Assembly (NCBI RefSeq): GCF_003019035.1
Contig: NZ_CP027447.1
Strand: one strand, 5' to 3'
From: Escherichia coli
GTDB taxonomy: Bacteria > Pseudomonadota > Gammaproteobacteria > Enterobacterales > Enterobacteriaceae
DNA length: 64,000 nucleotides
The translations under genes were made by a program, and so were the position numbers. The notes below the pieces were generated by a model, which saw nothing but the letters and a program-made list of their open reading frames with translations, did no database searches and was not told the origin of the DNA. Positions 56,240 to 64,000 of the stretch are shown piece by piece; the stretch's first letter is position 1, and every line of letters starts with the position of its first letter.

Positions 56240-57178
56240 TCAGTTAAAAGGTTGTAAGTCGACGCGCGCCATCATTGCGGCCAACTGCGGACGATCGGTA
56301 ATACCCACATTGCTTTGACTTACCGCCAGGGCTGCAACAGCTGTCGCCAGACGCAGTGTGTGTTCACTGGATTCACGCATCAGCAAGCCATAAATCAGGC
56401 CACCAACCATAGAATCCCCTGCGCCAACGGTGCTTACGACATCGACTGACGGTGGTTTGGCGATCCATTCGCCGGAGGCATTAACCCAAAGCGCGCCTTC
56501 GGCACCCAGTGAAATAACGACATGCGCGATACCCTGTTCACGCAGCGCATGCGCAGCTTCAATAACATCTTTCATTTCAGGCAGTTTACGGCCCGCCCAG
56601 ATTTCCAGCTCGCGGCGGTTAGGTTTCACCAGCCACGGTGCCGCTTTCAAACCTGCTACTAACGCTTCACGGCTACTATCAAAGATAATGCAAGGACACT
56701 GACTACGCAGGCGAGTCATCCAGTCGGTGAACGCTTCCGGGCTGACGCCTGACGGTAAGCTTCCGCTGACACAGACCATATCGAACTGACCGAGCCAGCT
56801 CAGAGAATCAGTCACAAAGCGTTCCCAGTCGGCGGGGGTGACTTCAAAACCCGAGAAGTTGAAGTCGGTCACTTCGCCGTCTTTTTCCGTCAGCTTAACG
56901 TTAATTCGGGTGCGCCCCTGTACAACCTGGAAACGGTTGGCAATGCCCAGCTCGCTGAACAGTTGCTGAAAACCATCCTGATTGTCTTTACCCAGGAAGC
57001 CGCCAACGGTGACATCAATTCCCAGGTCTTTTAATACTTTGGCCACGTTGATGCCTTTACCCGCCGCATGCAGACCGGTGGTTTTCACCAGGTTCACTTC
57101 GCCGCGTTCAATTTCCGGGCAGAAACCAACAAGGTCATAAGCCGGATTAAGGGTGATCGTAGCAACACGTCTGCTCAT
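56240..57178 (-). CDS. fruK: 1-phosphofructokinase FruK, 312 aa
   Basis: PfkB family; between fruB and fruA. Confidence 0.93.
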   Translation of the reverse strand: MSRRVATITLNPAYDLVGFCPEIERGEVNLVKTTGLHAAGKGINVAKVLKDLGIDVTVGGFLGKDNQDGFQQLFSELGIANRFQVVQGRTRINVKLTEKDGEVTDFNFSGFEVTPADWERFVTDSLSWLGQFDMVCVSGSLPSGVSPEAFTDWMTRLRSQCPCIIFDSSREALVAGLKAAPWLVKPNRRELEIWAGRKLPEMKDVIEAAHALREQGIAHVVISLGAEGALWVNASGEWIAKPPSVDVVSTVGAGDSMVGGLIYGLLMRESSEHTLRLATAVAALAVSQSNVGITDRPQLAAMMARVDLQPFN

Positions 57179-58308
57179 TATGCGCCCTCCCCAAGACCAG
57201 CAGCGATAGCGTCGCCAATGGCTTTCAGCGCCTGTTCAGCATCTGCACCCTGGGCGGTAAAGCGTAGGCGATGACCTTTCTTAACGCCAAGTGCCACAAC
57301 TTTCATCAGACTACGTCCGTTTGCCGGTTTGCCGGTGCCATCAAGGTTTGTCACGGTAATATCACTGTTAAATTGTTTAATGGTATTGACCAGCATGGTA
57401 CCTGGACGAGCATGCAGGCCGTGTTCATTGCGCACCACAAACTCCGCGCTTAACACGTCGTCGGTCGGCGCATCATCGCTGGTCAGCAGCGCCAGCAACG
57501 TTGCAGCATCCGCTTTCAGCAAGCGGTCAGCTTTATTATCGAGCAACAAATCAGCGAGACGCTTAAGAACCGCGATGGGCTGATCGTCATTCATCGCCAC
57601 ACTCACCAGCATGGCTGCCGTTTCGCCGTCCACATCAAAAGCATTTGCCGCACGGCTTACCGCAATCGCGCTACGCAAATTGCCTTCAGCGCTATCGCTC
57701 AGCCAGATGCCCTGTCCGAGGTTCAGCGGTTGTTCATTGATGGCTTTAGTGACGAAGGTGGCGTCAACTGCCCCTGCTTCTTTCAGACGCGCAGCGTTAA
57801 TCGCCTGAAGCGTCAGCAGATCGCTGGCGACAATATCCAGCGTCAGCATTTCGTTATCGAGCTTCAGCTGCTCACTCTGCTTTTCGCCCATCAGCAATGC
57901 GCGAAGTTCTTCTGCTGTCGTTGCTGACTTCAGCTGTTCAGCAACGGAATCATCGCTTAGTACGTGGGTCAGCTGGCGTAACAGACCCAGATGTTCATCC
58001 GAGCTGGCAGCAATACCGATCGCCACGTACGCTACCTGGCCGTCACCCCAGGTGACGCCTTCCGGGAACTGAAATACCTGAACGCCGGTTTTCAGCACCT
58101 GATCGCGGGTGTCGGTAGTGCCGTGTGGAATAGCAATACCATTGCCGAGGAACGTAGAGGTTTGCTGTTCGCGCGCCAGCATGCCATTGACGTAGCCTTC
58201 AGCTACATTACCGGCCTGCACCAGCGCCGCAGCGACCTGGCGAATCGCCTCTTCTTTGTCTCCGGCCTTTTCGCCCGGATGGATGTCCTGTACGGATAAC
58301 TGGAACAT
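57178..58308 (-). CDS. fruB: PTS fructose-specific EIIA-M-FPr fusion protein FruB, 376 aa
   Basis: N-terminal EIIA(Fru), C-terminal HPr-like domain; 1-nt overlap with fruK. Confidence 0.93.
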   Translation of the reverse strand: MFQLSVQDIHPGEKAGDKEEAIRQVAAALVQAGNVAEGYVNGMLAREQQTSTFLGNGIAIPHGTTDTRDQVLKTGVQVFQFPEGVTWGDGQVAYVAIGIAASSDEHLGLLRQLTHVLSDDSVAEQLKSATTAEELRALLMGEKQSEQLKLDNEMLTLDIVASDLLTLQAINAARLKEAGAVDATFVTKAINEQPLNLGQGIWLSDSAEGNLRSAIAVSRAANAFDVDGETAAMLVSVAMNDDQPIAVLKRLADLLLDNKADRLLKADAATLLALLTSDDAPTDDVLSAEFVVRNEHGLHARPGTMLVNTIKQFNSDITVTNLDGTGKPANGRSLMKVVALGVKKGHRLRFTAQGADAEQALKAIGDAIAAGLGEGA

Positions 58309-58322
58309 AGTTCTCCTCTCTT

Positions 58323-58343
58323 GCTGAATTGAAACGATTCAGC
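58323..58343. promoter_or_regulatory. Cra (FruR) operator-like site GCTGAATTGAAACGATTCAGC just upstream of the fruB start codon
   Basis: Matches Cra consensus core TGAAWCGnTTCA; fruBKA is the classical Cra-repressed operon. Confidence 0.55.
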
Positions 58344-58394
58344 TTCTATGAGAAAAAAAGCGCCAACCTGGCTTAGGGTTAAAGACAAGATCGC

Positions 58395-58410
58395 GCTGAA
58401 ACGTTTCAAG
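58395..58410. promoter_or_regulatory. Cra (FruR) operator GCTGAAACGTTTCAAG in the fruB promoter
   Basis: Near-perfect match to the Cra consensus. Confidence 0.6.
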
Positions 58411-58675
58411 AAAGCATAATACTTCTGTTTCAGCACGCAAGGAAAGCCGTAAAGTAATGAGCAAAAGTTTGATGTGCTGCACAATTTTTTGTCATTTTTC
58501 CTAATTGCTGATGGGAAAATCCGTTATCAGCAATTTCATTTCAGCAGCGTCAGCAGCCAATCAGCAACAGTGAAATGGCATTTTGATTATTCGTGGCGCT
58601 TTTGATTTCGCTGTCTGTTTATTTTCTAACAAGCAGCGTAAACTCCGCGTCTTCCTCTTCCAGTGATCGACCAGC

Positions 58676-59857
58676 ATGCATAACTCCCCCGCAGTCTCCA
58701 GCGCGAAATCGTTTGACCTGACCTCGACGGCGTTTTTAATCGTTGCCTTTCTCACCGGTATTGCGGGCGCTCTGCAAACCCCGACACTCAGTATTTTCCT
58801 TACCGATGAAGTACATGCCCGTCCGGCGATGGTGGGATTCTTCTTTACCGGCAGCGCTGTCATTGGGATTATGGTCAGTCAGTTTCTCGCCGGGCGCTCT
58901 GATAAGCGCGGCGATCGCAAATCGCTGATTGTCTTTTGCTGCCTGTTAGGCGTGCTGGCCTGCACCCTTTTTGCCTGGAATCGCAACTACTTTGTTTTGC
59001 TATTCGTTGGCGTCTTTCTTAGCAGCTTTGGCTCGACCGCTAACCCGCAAATGTTTGCCCTTGCACGTGAACATGCCGACAAAACCGGACGTGAGGCGGT
59101 GATGTTCAGCTCTTTTTTACGCGCTCAGGTTTCACTGGCATGGGTCATTGGCCCGCCGCTGGCTTATGCCTTAGCGATGGGTTTCAGCTTTACGGTAATG
59201 TATCTGAGCGCAGCGGTAGCGTTTATTGTTTGCGGCGTGATGGTGTGGCTGTTTTTACCGTCGATGCAAAAAGAGCTTCCGCTGGCGACCGGCACGGTTG
59301 AAGCGCCGCGCCGTAACCGTCGCGATACGCTGCTGCTGTTTGTCATTTGTACATTGATGTGGGGCTCGAACAGCCTGTACATCATCAACATGCCGCTATT
59401 TATTATCAACGAACTGCATCTTCCCGAGAAACTGGCAGGCGTGATGATGGGGACCGCCGCCGGGCTGGAAATCCCGACCATGTTGATTGCCGGATATTTT
59501 GCCAAACGTCTGGGTAAGCGTTTCTTAATGCGCGTTGCTGCCGTGGGTGGCGTCTGTTTTTACGCAGGAATGCTGATGGCGCATTCACCTGCCATTCTGT
59601 TGGGCTTGCAGCTGCTAAATGCTATTTTTATTGGCATTCTGGGCGGCATCGGGATGCTCTATTTTCAGGATTTGATGCCCGGTCAGGCAGGTTCAGCCAC
59701 CACGCTCTATACCAACACGTCGCGCGTGGGCTGGATCATCGCAGGATCTGTGGCGGGCATCGTCGCCGAGATCTGGAATTATCACGCTGTGTTCTGGTTT
59801 GCGATGGTGATGATTATCGCCACTCTGTTTTGCTTACTGCGGATTAAAGATGTTTAA
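58676..59857 (+). CDS. setB: MFS sugar efflux transporter SetB, 393 aa
   Basis: 12-TM MFS ORF; length and synteny. Confidence 0.88.
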
Positions 59858-60108
59858 GGCGCGGTCAGCATTTCCAGATCGATAAGCCAGGTCATTGCCT
59901 GCTGACGCGAGTTACCGCACATTTCAGCGCTGGCTTGTAAGCCTGCACAGACTTTCGGCCGCAGTGGCGAGGTGAAAATTTTACAGCGTTGCTGTTCATC
60001 AAGCTGAATGCAGGGCGTATTGGCGGGCTTGCCATCTGGCATACCGGGAATAGGGCTGGAAATTGAAGGGGCAGTGCAACACGCCCCGCAACCCGGACGG
60101 CATTCCAT
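59854..60108 (-). CDS. yeiW: Small cysteine-rich protein YeiW, 84 aa
   Basis: ORF 59854..60240 trimmed to internal start [14 protein letters not shown]...; 8 Cys; 4-nt convergent overlap with setB stop. Confidence 0.65.
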
Positions 60109-60262
60109 ACGTTGTTCTCTTAAGGTTAACCACCGGATTGATGAGCGCGCACAGTACCACCTTTTTTGCACCAGCAAAAGTGCGAATACCACTTGCCCGA
60201 AAGGCCCGTCGCGAGTACTTTGTCGCGATATTTTTGACATTTTCGACTACAGGAATTTTTCG

Positions 60263-60835
60263 ATGCCAAGAGCGAACGAAATTAAAAAAGGTATGGTACT
60301 GAATTACAACGGCAAACTGCTGCTGGTTAAGGATATTGATATTCAGTCGCCCACTGCCCGCGGTGCCGCTACGCTGTACAAAATGCGTTTTTCTGATGTC
60401 CGTACCGGGCTGAAAGTAGAAGAGCGTTTCAAAGGTGATGATATCGTTGACACCGTGACGCTGACCCGCCGTTACGTTGACTTCTCCTATGTCGATGGCA
60501 ACGAATATGTCTTTATGGATAAAGAAGACTATACCCCGTATACCTTCACCAAAGATCAGATTGAAGAAGAGTTGCTGTTTATGCCTGAGGGCGGCATGCC
60601 GGACATGCAGGTGCTGACCTGGGACGGTCAACTGCTGGCGCTTGAGCTGCCGCAGACCGTTGATCTGGAAATCGTTGAAACCGCACCTGGCATCAAAGGG
60701 GCATCTGCCAGCGCCCGTAACAAACCGGCGACATTGAGCACTGGTCTGGTGATTCAGGTACCAGAATACTTAAGCCCGGGCGAAAAAATTCGTATCCATA
60801 TCGAAGAACGCCGTTATATGGGTCGTGCTGACTAA
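60263..60835 (+). CDS. efpL: Elongation factor P-like protein EfpL (YeiP), 190 aa
   Basis: N-terminus [25 protein letters not shown] (EF-P KOW-like fold); ORF-track entry 60008..60835 has a spurious N-terminal extension. Confidence 0.88.
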
Positions 60836-60853
60836 CTTCAGCCGCATGCAGAA

Positions 60854-60881
60854 AAGGGATAGCTCAGGCTGTCCCTTTTTT
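60854..60881 (+). terminator. Rho-independent terminator of efpL
   Basis: Hairpin AGGGATAG-6nt-CTGTCCCT followed by TTTTTT. Confidence 0.65.
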
Positions 60882-61057
60882 AATTTATTATACCAATCTT
60901 CTATTTTGCGCTTCCTGAACACCTTACGCCCGCAATTTTCACTCGTTGATTGATCGCCCTCACACTTCATCGCATTAACAATCCAGACCAATTTCAATTG
61001 CTGTCATATAACTTTACACTGTCATTGTTAATTAATCGTTACTAAGACGTGACTCCT

Positions 61058-62524
61058 ATGAATACAATCGCCTCCGTTACGCTCCCGCATCATGTACACG
61101 CTCCACGCTACGATCGCCAGCAGTTGCAATCACGTATCGTTCATTTTGGCTTTGGAGCCTTTCACCGCGCTCATCAGGCGTTACTGACCGATCGTGTGCT
61201 GAATGCCCAGGGCGGCGACTGGGGGATCTGTGAGATCAGCTTGTTCAGCGGCGATCAACTGATGAGCCAGCTCCGCGCACAGAACCATTTATATACCGTG
61301 CTGGAGAAAGGTGCGGACGGCAATCAGGCGATAATTGTCGGTGCCGTTCACGACTGCCTGAATGCAAAACTGGATTCCTTAGCGGCAATTATTGAGAAAT
61401 TTTGCGAGCCACAGGTGGCAATTGTTTCCCTGACGATTACCGAAAAAGGCTATTGTATTGACCCGGCCACCGGTGCACTCGACACCAGCAATCCGCGGAT
61501 TATTCACGATCTTCAAAATCCTGAAGAACCTCACTCCGCGCCGGGTATTCTCGTCGAAGCACTGAAACGACGCCGTGAACGCGGCCTTGCACCGTTTACC
61601 GTACTCTCCTGCGACAATATTCCCGACAATGGCCATGTGGTGAAAAACGCGGTGCTGGGGATGGCGGAAAAACGTTCACCAGAACTCGCCGGGTGGATAA
61701 AAGAACACGTCAGTTTTCCGGGAACCATGGTCGACCGTATTGTTCCGGCAGCAACCGACGAATCACTGGCGGAAATCAGCCAGCATCTGGGGGTGAATGA
61801 TCCCTGTGCGATTAGCTGCGAACCGTTTATCCAGTGGGTGGTGGAAGATAACTTCGTCGCTGGGCGTCCTGCCTGGGAAGTCGCAGGTGTACAAATGGTG
61901 AATGATGTCCTGCCATGGGAAGAGATGAAACTGCGTATGCTTAATGGCAGCCACTCTTTTCTCGCTTATCTGGGTTACCTCTCAGGATTCGCCCATATCA
62001 GTGATTGCATGCAGGATCGCGCATTTCGCCATGCCGCCAGAACATTAATGCTGGATGAGCAAGCGCCGACACTGCGGATTAAAGATGTCGATTTAACACA
62101 ATATGCGGATAAGTTAATTGCACGTTTTGCTAACCCGGCGCTGAAACATAAGACCTGGCAAATCGCGATGGATGGCAGCCAGAAATTACCGCAACGTATG
62201 CTGGCAGGTATTCGCATACATCTGGCGCGCGAAACGGACTGGTCGTTGCTGGCATTAGGCGTTGCAGGCTGGATGCGTTACGTCAGCGGCGTTGATGATG
62301 CCGGAAATGCCATTGATGTTCGCGATCCGCTTAGCGATAAAATTTGCGAACTTGTTGCGGGCAGTAACAGTGAACAACGCGTAACCGCCCTGCTTTCTCT
62401 GCGTGAAGTTTTCGGTGATGATCTGCCAGATAACCCGCATTTTGTGCAGGCAATCGAACAAGCCTGGCAACAAATCGCACAATTCGGCGCGCATCAAGCG
62501 CTATTAAACACCCTCAAAATTTAA
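61058..62524 (+). CDS. yeiQ: Mannitol-dehydrogenase-family oxidoreductase YeiQ, 488 aa
   Basis: Long-chain mannitol dehydrogenase family Rossmann N-terminus (HFGFGAFHRAHQ); start trimmed from GTG to ATG MNTIASV. Confidence 0.85.
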   Translation: MNTIASVTLPHHVHAPRYDRQQLQSRIVHFGFGAFHRAHQALLTDRVLNAQGGDWGICEISLFSGDQLMSQLRAQNHLYTVLEKGADGNQAIIVGAVHDCLNAKLDSLAAIIEKFCEPQVAIVSLTITEKGYCIDPATGALDTSNPRIIHDLQNPEEPHSAPGILVEALKRRRERGLAPFTVLSCDNIPDNGHVVKNAVLGMAEKRSPELAGWIKEHVSFPGTMVDRIVPAATDESLAEISQHLGVNDPCAISCEPFIQWVVEDNFVAGRPAWEVAGVQMVNDVLPWEEMKLRMLNGSHSFLAYLGYLSGFAHISDCMQDRAFRHAARTLMLDEQAPTLRIKDVDLTQYADKLIARFANPALKHKTWQIAMDGSQKLPQRMLAGIRIHLARETDWSLLALGVAGWMRYVSGVDDAGNAIDVRDPLSDKICELVAGSNSEQRVTALLSLREVFGDDLPDNPHFVQAIEQAWQQIAQFGAHQALLNTLKI

Positions 62525-62541
62525 CGATTTCTGCGGTTAAA

Positions 62542-62585
62542 GCGGATGAAGCTCGCCTTCGTCCGCTCTCCCCTTCTCTTTTCTG
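62542..62585 (+). terminator. Putative terminator downstream of yeiQ
   Basis: Hairpin GCGGATGAAG-5nt-CTTCGTCCGC followed by a T/C-rich tract. Confidence 0.45.
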
Positions 62586-62641
62586 CCTTTTTTAGCCAGG
62601 ATTAACGCTCAGTTAACTTTTAAGAGTATTGCGGAGCCGTT

Positions 62642-63628
62642 GTGACCAGAACCAACCTCATCACCGGTTTTCTCGGCAGCGGGAAAACTACGTCGATTCT
62701 TCATCTGTTAGCCCATAAAGATCCCAACGAAAAATGGGCGGTACTGGTTAATGAATTTGGGGAAGTCGGAATTGATGGTGCTTTGCTCGCCGATAGCGGC
62801 GCATTGCTGAAAGAGATCCCCGGCGGCTGCATGTGCTGCGTTAATGGTTTACCTATGCAGGTAGGGTTGAATACCTTACTGCGTCAGGGAAAACCAGACC
62901 GCTTGTTGATAGAGCCGACCGGGCTGGGCCATCCGAAACAAATCCTCGATCTCTTAACCGCACCAGTCTATGAACCGTGGATAGATCTGCGCGCCACGTT
63001 GTGCATTCTCGATCCACGCCTGCTGCTGGACGAAAAAAGCGCCAGCAATGAAAACTTCCGTGACCAGCTGGCTGCCGCAGACATTATTGTCGCCAATAAA
63101 TCCGACCGTGCGACGCCCGAAAGTGAGCAAGCGCTACAGCGCTGGTGGCAGCAAAATGGTGGCGATCGGCAATTAATTCACAGTGAGCATGGGAAAGTTG
63201 ACGGTCATCTTCTGGATTTGCCGCGTCGCAATTTAGCCGAGTTGCCCGCCAGCGCCGCGCATTCTCATCAGCATGTCGTGAAAAAAGGGTTAGCAGCGTT
63301 AAGCCTGCCAGAGCATCAACGCTGGCGTCGCAGTCTGAACAGTGGACAAGGACATCAGGCCTGCGGCTGGATATTCGACGCTGATACGGTATTCGACACC
63401 ATTGGCATTCTGGAATGGGCGCGACTTGCACCGGTAGAACGCGTCAAAGGCGTGCTGCGTATTCCCGAAGGGCTGGTGCGAATCAACCGTCAGGGCGATG
63501 ACCTGCACATTGAAACGCAAAACGTTGCGCCACCGGACAGTCGTATTGAGCTGATTTCCAGCAGCGAAGCTGACTGGAATGCTTTGCAGAGCGCGCTGTT
63601 GAAGCTTCGTTTAGCGACTACCGCGTAA
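62642..63628 (+). CDS. yeiR: COG0523 zinc-associated GTPase YeiR, 328 aa
   Basis: Walker A GFLGSGKTT, CxCC motif (GGCMCCV); GTG start. Confidence 0.85.
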   Translation: MTRTNLITGFLGSGKTTSILHLLAHKDPNEKWAVLVNEFGEVGIDGALLADSGALLKEIPGGCMCCVNGLPMQVGLNTLLRQGKPDRLLIEPTGLGHPKQILDLLTAPVYEPWIDLRATLCILDPRLLLDEKSASNENFRDQLAAADIIVANKSDRATPESEQALQRWWQQNGGDRQLIHSEHGKVDGHLLDLPRRNLAELPASAAHSHQHVVKKGLAALSLPEHQRWRRSLNSGQGHQACGWIFDADTVFDTIGILEWARLAPVERVKGVLRIPEGLVRINRQGDDLHIETQNVAPPDSRIELISSSEADWNALQSALLKLRLATTA

Positions 63629-63666
63629 GGTTGCCTGCGTTTTTCAGTAAGATAATTAGAGAAAAT

Positions 63667-64000
63667 ATGATTAAAAATTTGCCGCAAATAGTGTTGTTGA
63701 ATATTGTCGGCCTCGCGCTGTTTCTTTCCTGGTATATTCCCGTTAATCATGGATTCTGGTTGCCGATTGATGCGGATATTTTTTATTTCTTTAATCAGAA
63801 ACTGGTCGAAAGTAAGGCCTTTTTATGGCTGGTTGCATTGACCAACAATCGCGCCTTCGACGGTTGTTCACTGCTGGCGATGGGTATGTTGATGCTGAGT
63901 TTCTGGCTGAAAGAAAACGCCCCTGGCAGACGACGTATCGTGATTATTGGTCTGGTCATGCTATTAACTGCAGTGGTATTAAACCAGCTGGGTCAGGCAT
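63667..64000 (+). CDS. lpxT: Lipid A 1-diphosphate synthase LpxT (YeiU), 3'-truncated by window edge
   Basis: ATG at 63667 opens a frame running to the window end (MIKNLPQIVLLNIVGLALFLSWYIP...), PAP2-family membrane protein by synteny. Confidence 0.75.
   Translation, partial: MIKNLPQIVLLNIVGLALFLSWYIPVNHGFWLPIDADIFYFFNQKLVESKAFLWLVALTNNRAFDGCSLLAMGMLMLSFWLKENAPGRRRIVIIGLVMLLTAVVLNQLGQA

Noticed and set aside
60008-60262. N-terminal 85-codon extension of the efpL ORF in the ORF track (and similar extensions on yehS, bglX, dld, yohC, yohD, dusC, yohJ, yeiL, yeiW, yeiQ)
   Set aside because: The track extends ORFs to the most upstream in-frame start, including GTG/TTG; the extensions lack ribosome-binding sites and overrun known N-termini or signal peptides, so starts were trimmed to the internal ATG that matches the known protein N-terminus.

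Overview
The window reads as a contiguous, syntenic stretch of Escherichia coli chromosome. Gene order is yehQ(3' part)-yehR-yehS-btsR-btsS-mlrA-yohO-yehW-yehX-yehY-osmF-bglX-dld-pbpG-yohC-yohD-yohF-mdtQ-yohP-dusC-yohJ-yohK-cdd-sanA-yeiS-preT-preA-mglC-mglA-mglB-galS-yeiB-folE-yeiG-[4-gene island]-cirA-lysP-yeiE-yeiH-nfo-yeiI-nupX-rihB-yeiL-psuT-psuG-psuK-fruA-fruK-fruB-setB-yeiW-efpL(yeiP)-yeiQ-yeiR-lpxT(5' part). Identifications rest on recognising the translated ORFs (lengths and N-termini match the known E. coli proteins) and on gene order; no database search was run. I see about 59 protein-coding genes, no rRNA or tRNA, no CRISPR array, and no IS element, transposase, integrase or phage genes. 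Most of the window is ordinary, well-described core genome, and I do not see a clearly novel multi-gene system of the defence or secretion kind. The one clear accessory locus is an AT-rich ~4.2 kb insertion between the convergent genes yeiG and cirA, which are adjacent in K-12 as I remember it. It encodes an XRE-type HTH regulator, an Fe-S L-serine dehydratase paralogue, a SerB-like HAD phosphatase and an OPA-family (GlpT/UhpT/PgtP-like) MFS transporter; I propose, as inference only, that it is a phospho-serine (or related organophosphate) uptake and catabolism module. Smaller second-look items are a GC-rich hairpin-dense element between yohP and dusC, an apparently intact mdtQ, tandem repeats in the island and psuK promoters, a shared leader motif on the nupX/psuT paralogues, and a stem-loop occluding the nfo ribosome-binding site. 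CDS coordinates are anchored on the ORF-track frames with starts trimmed to the most plausible start codon; coordinates of hairpins and binding sites were counted by eye and may be off by 1-2 nt.
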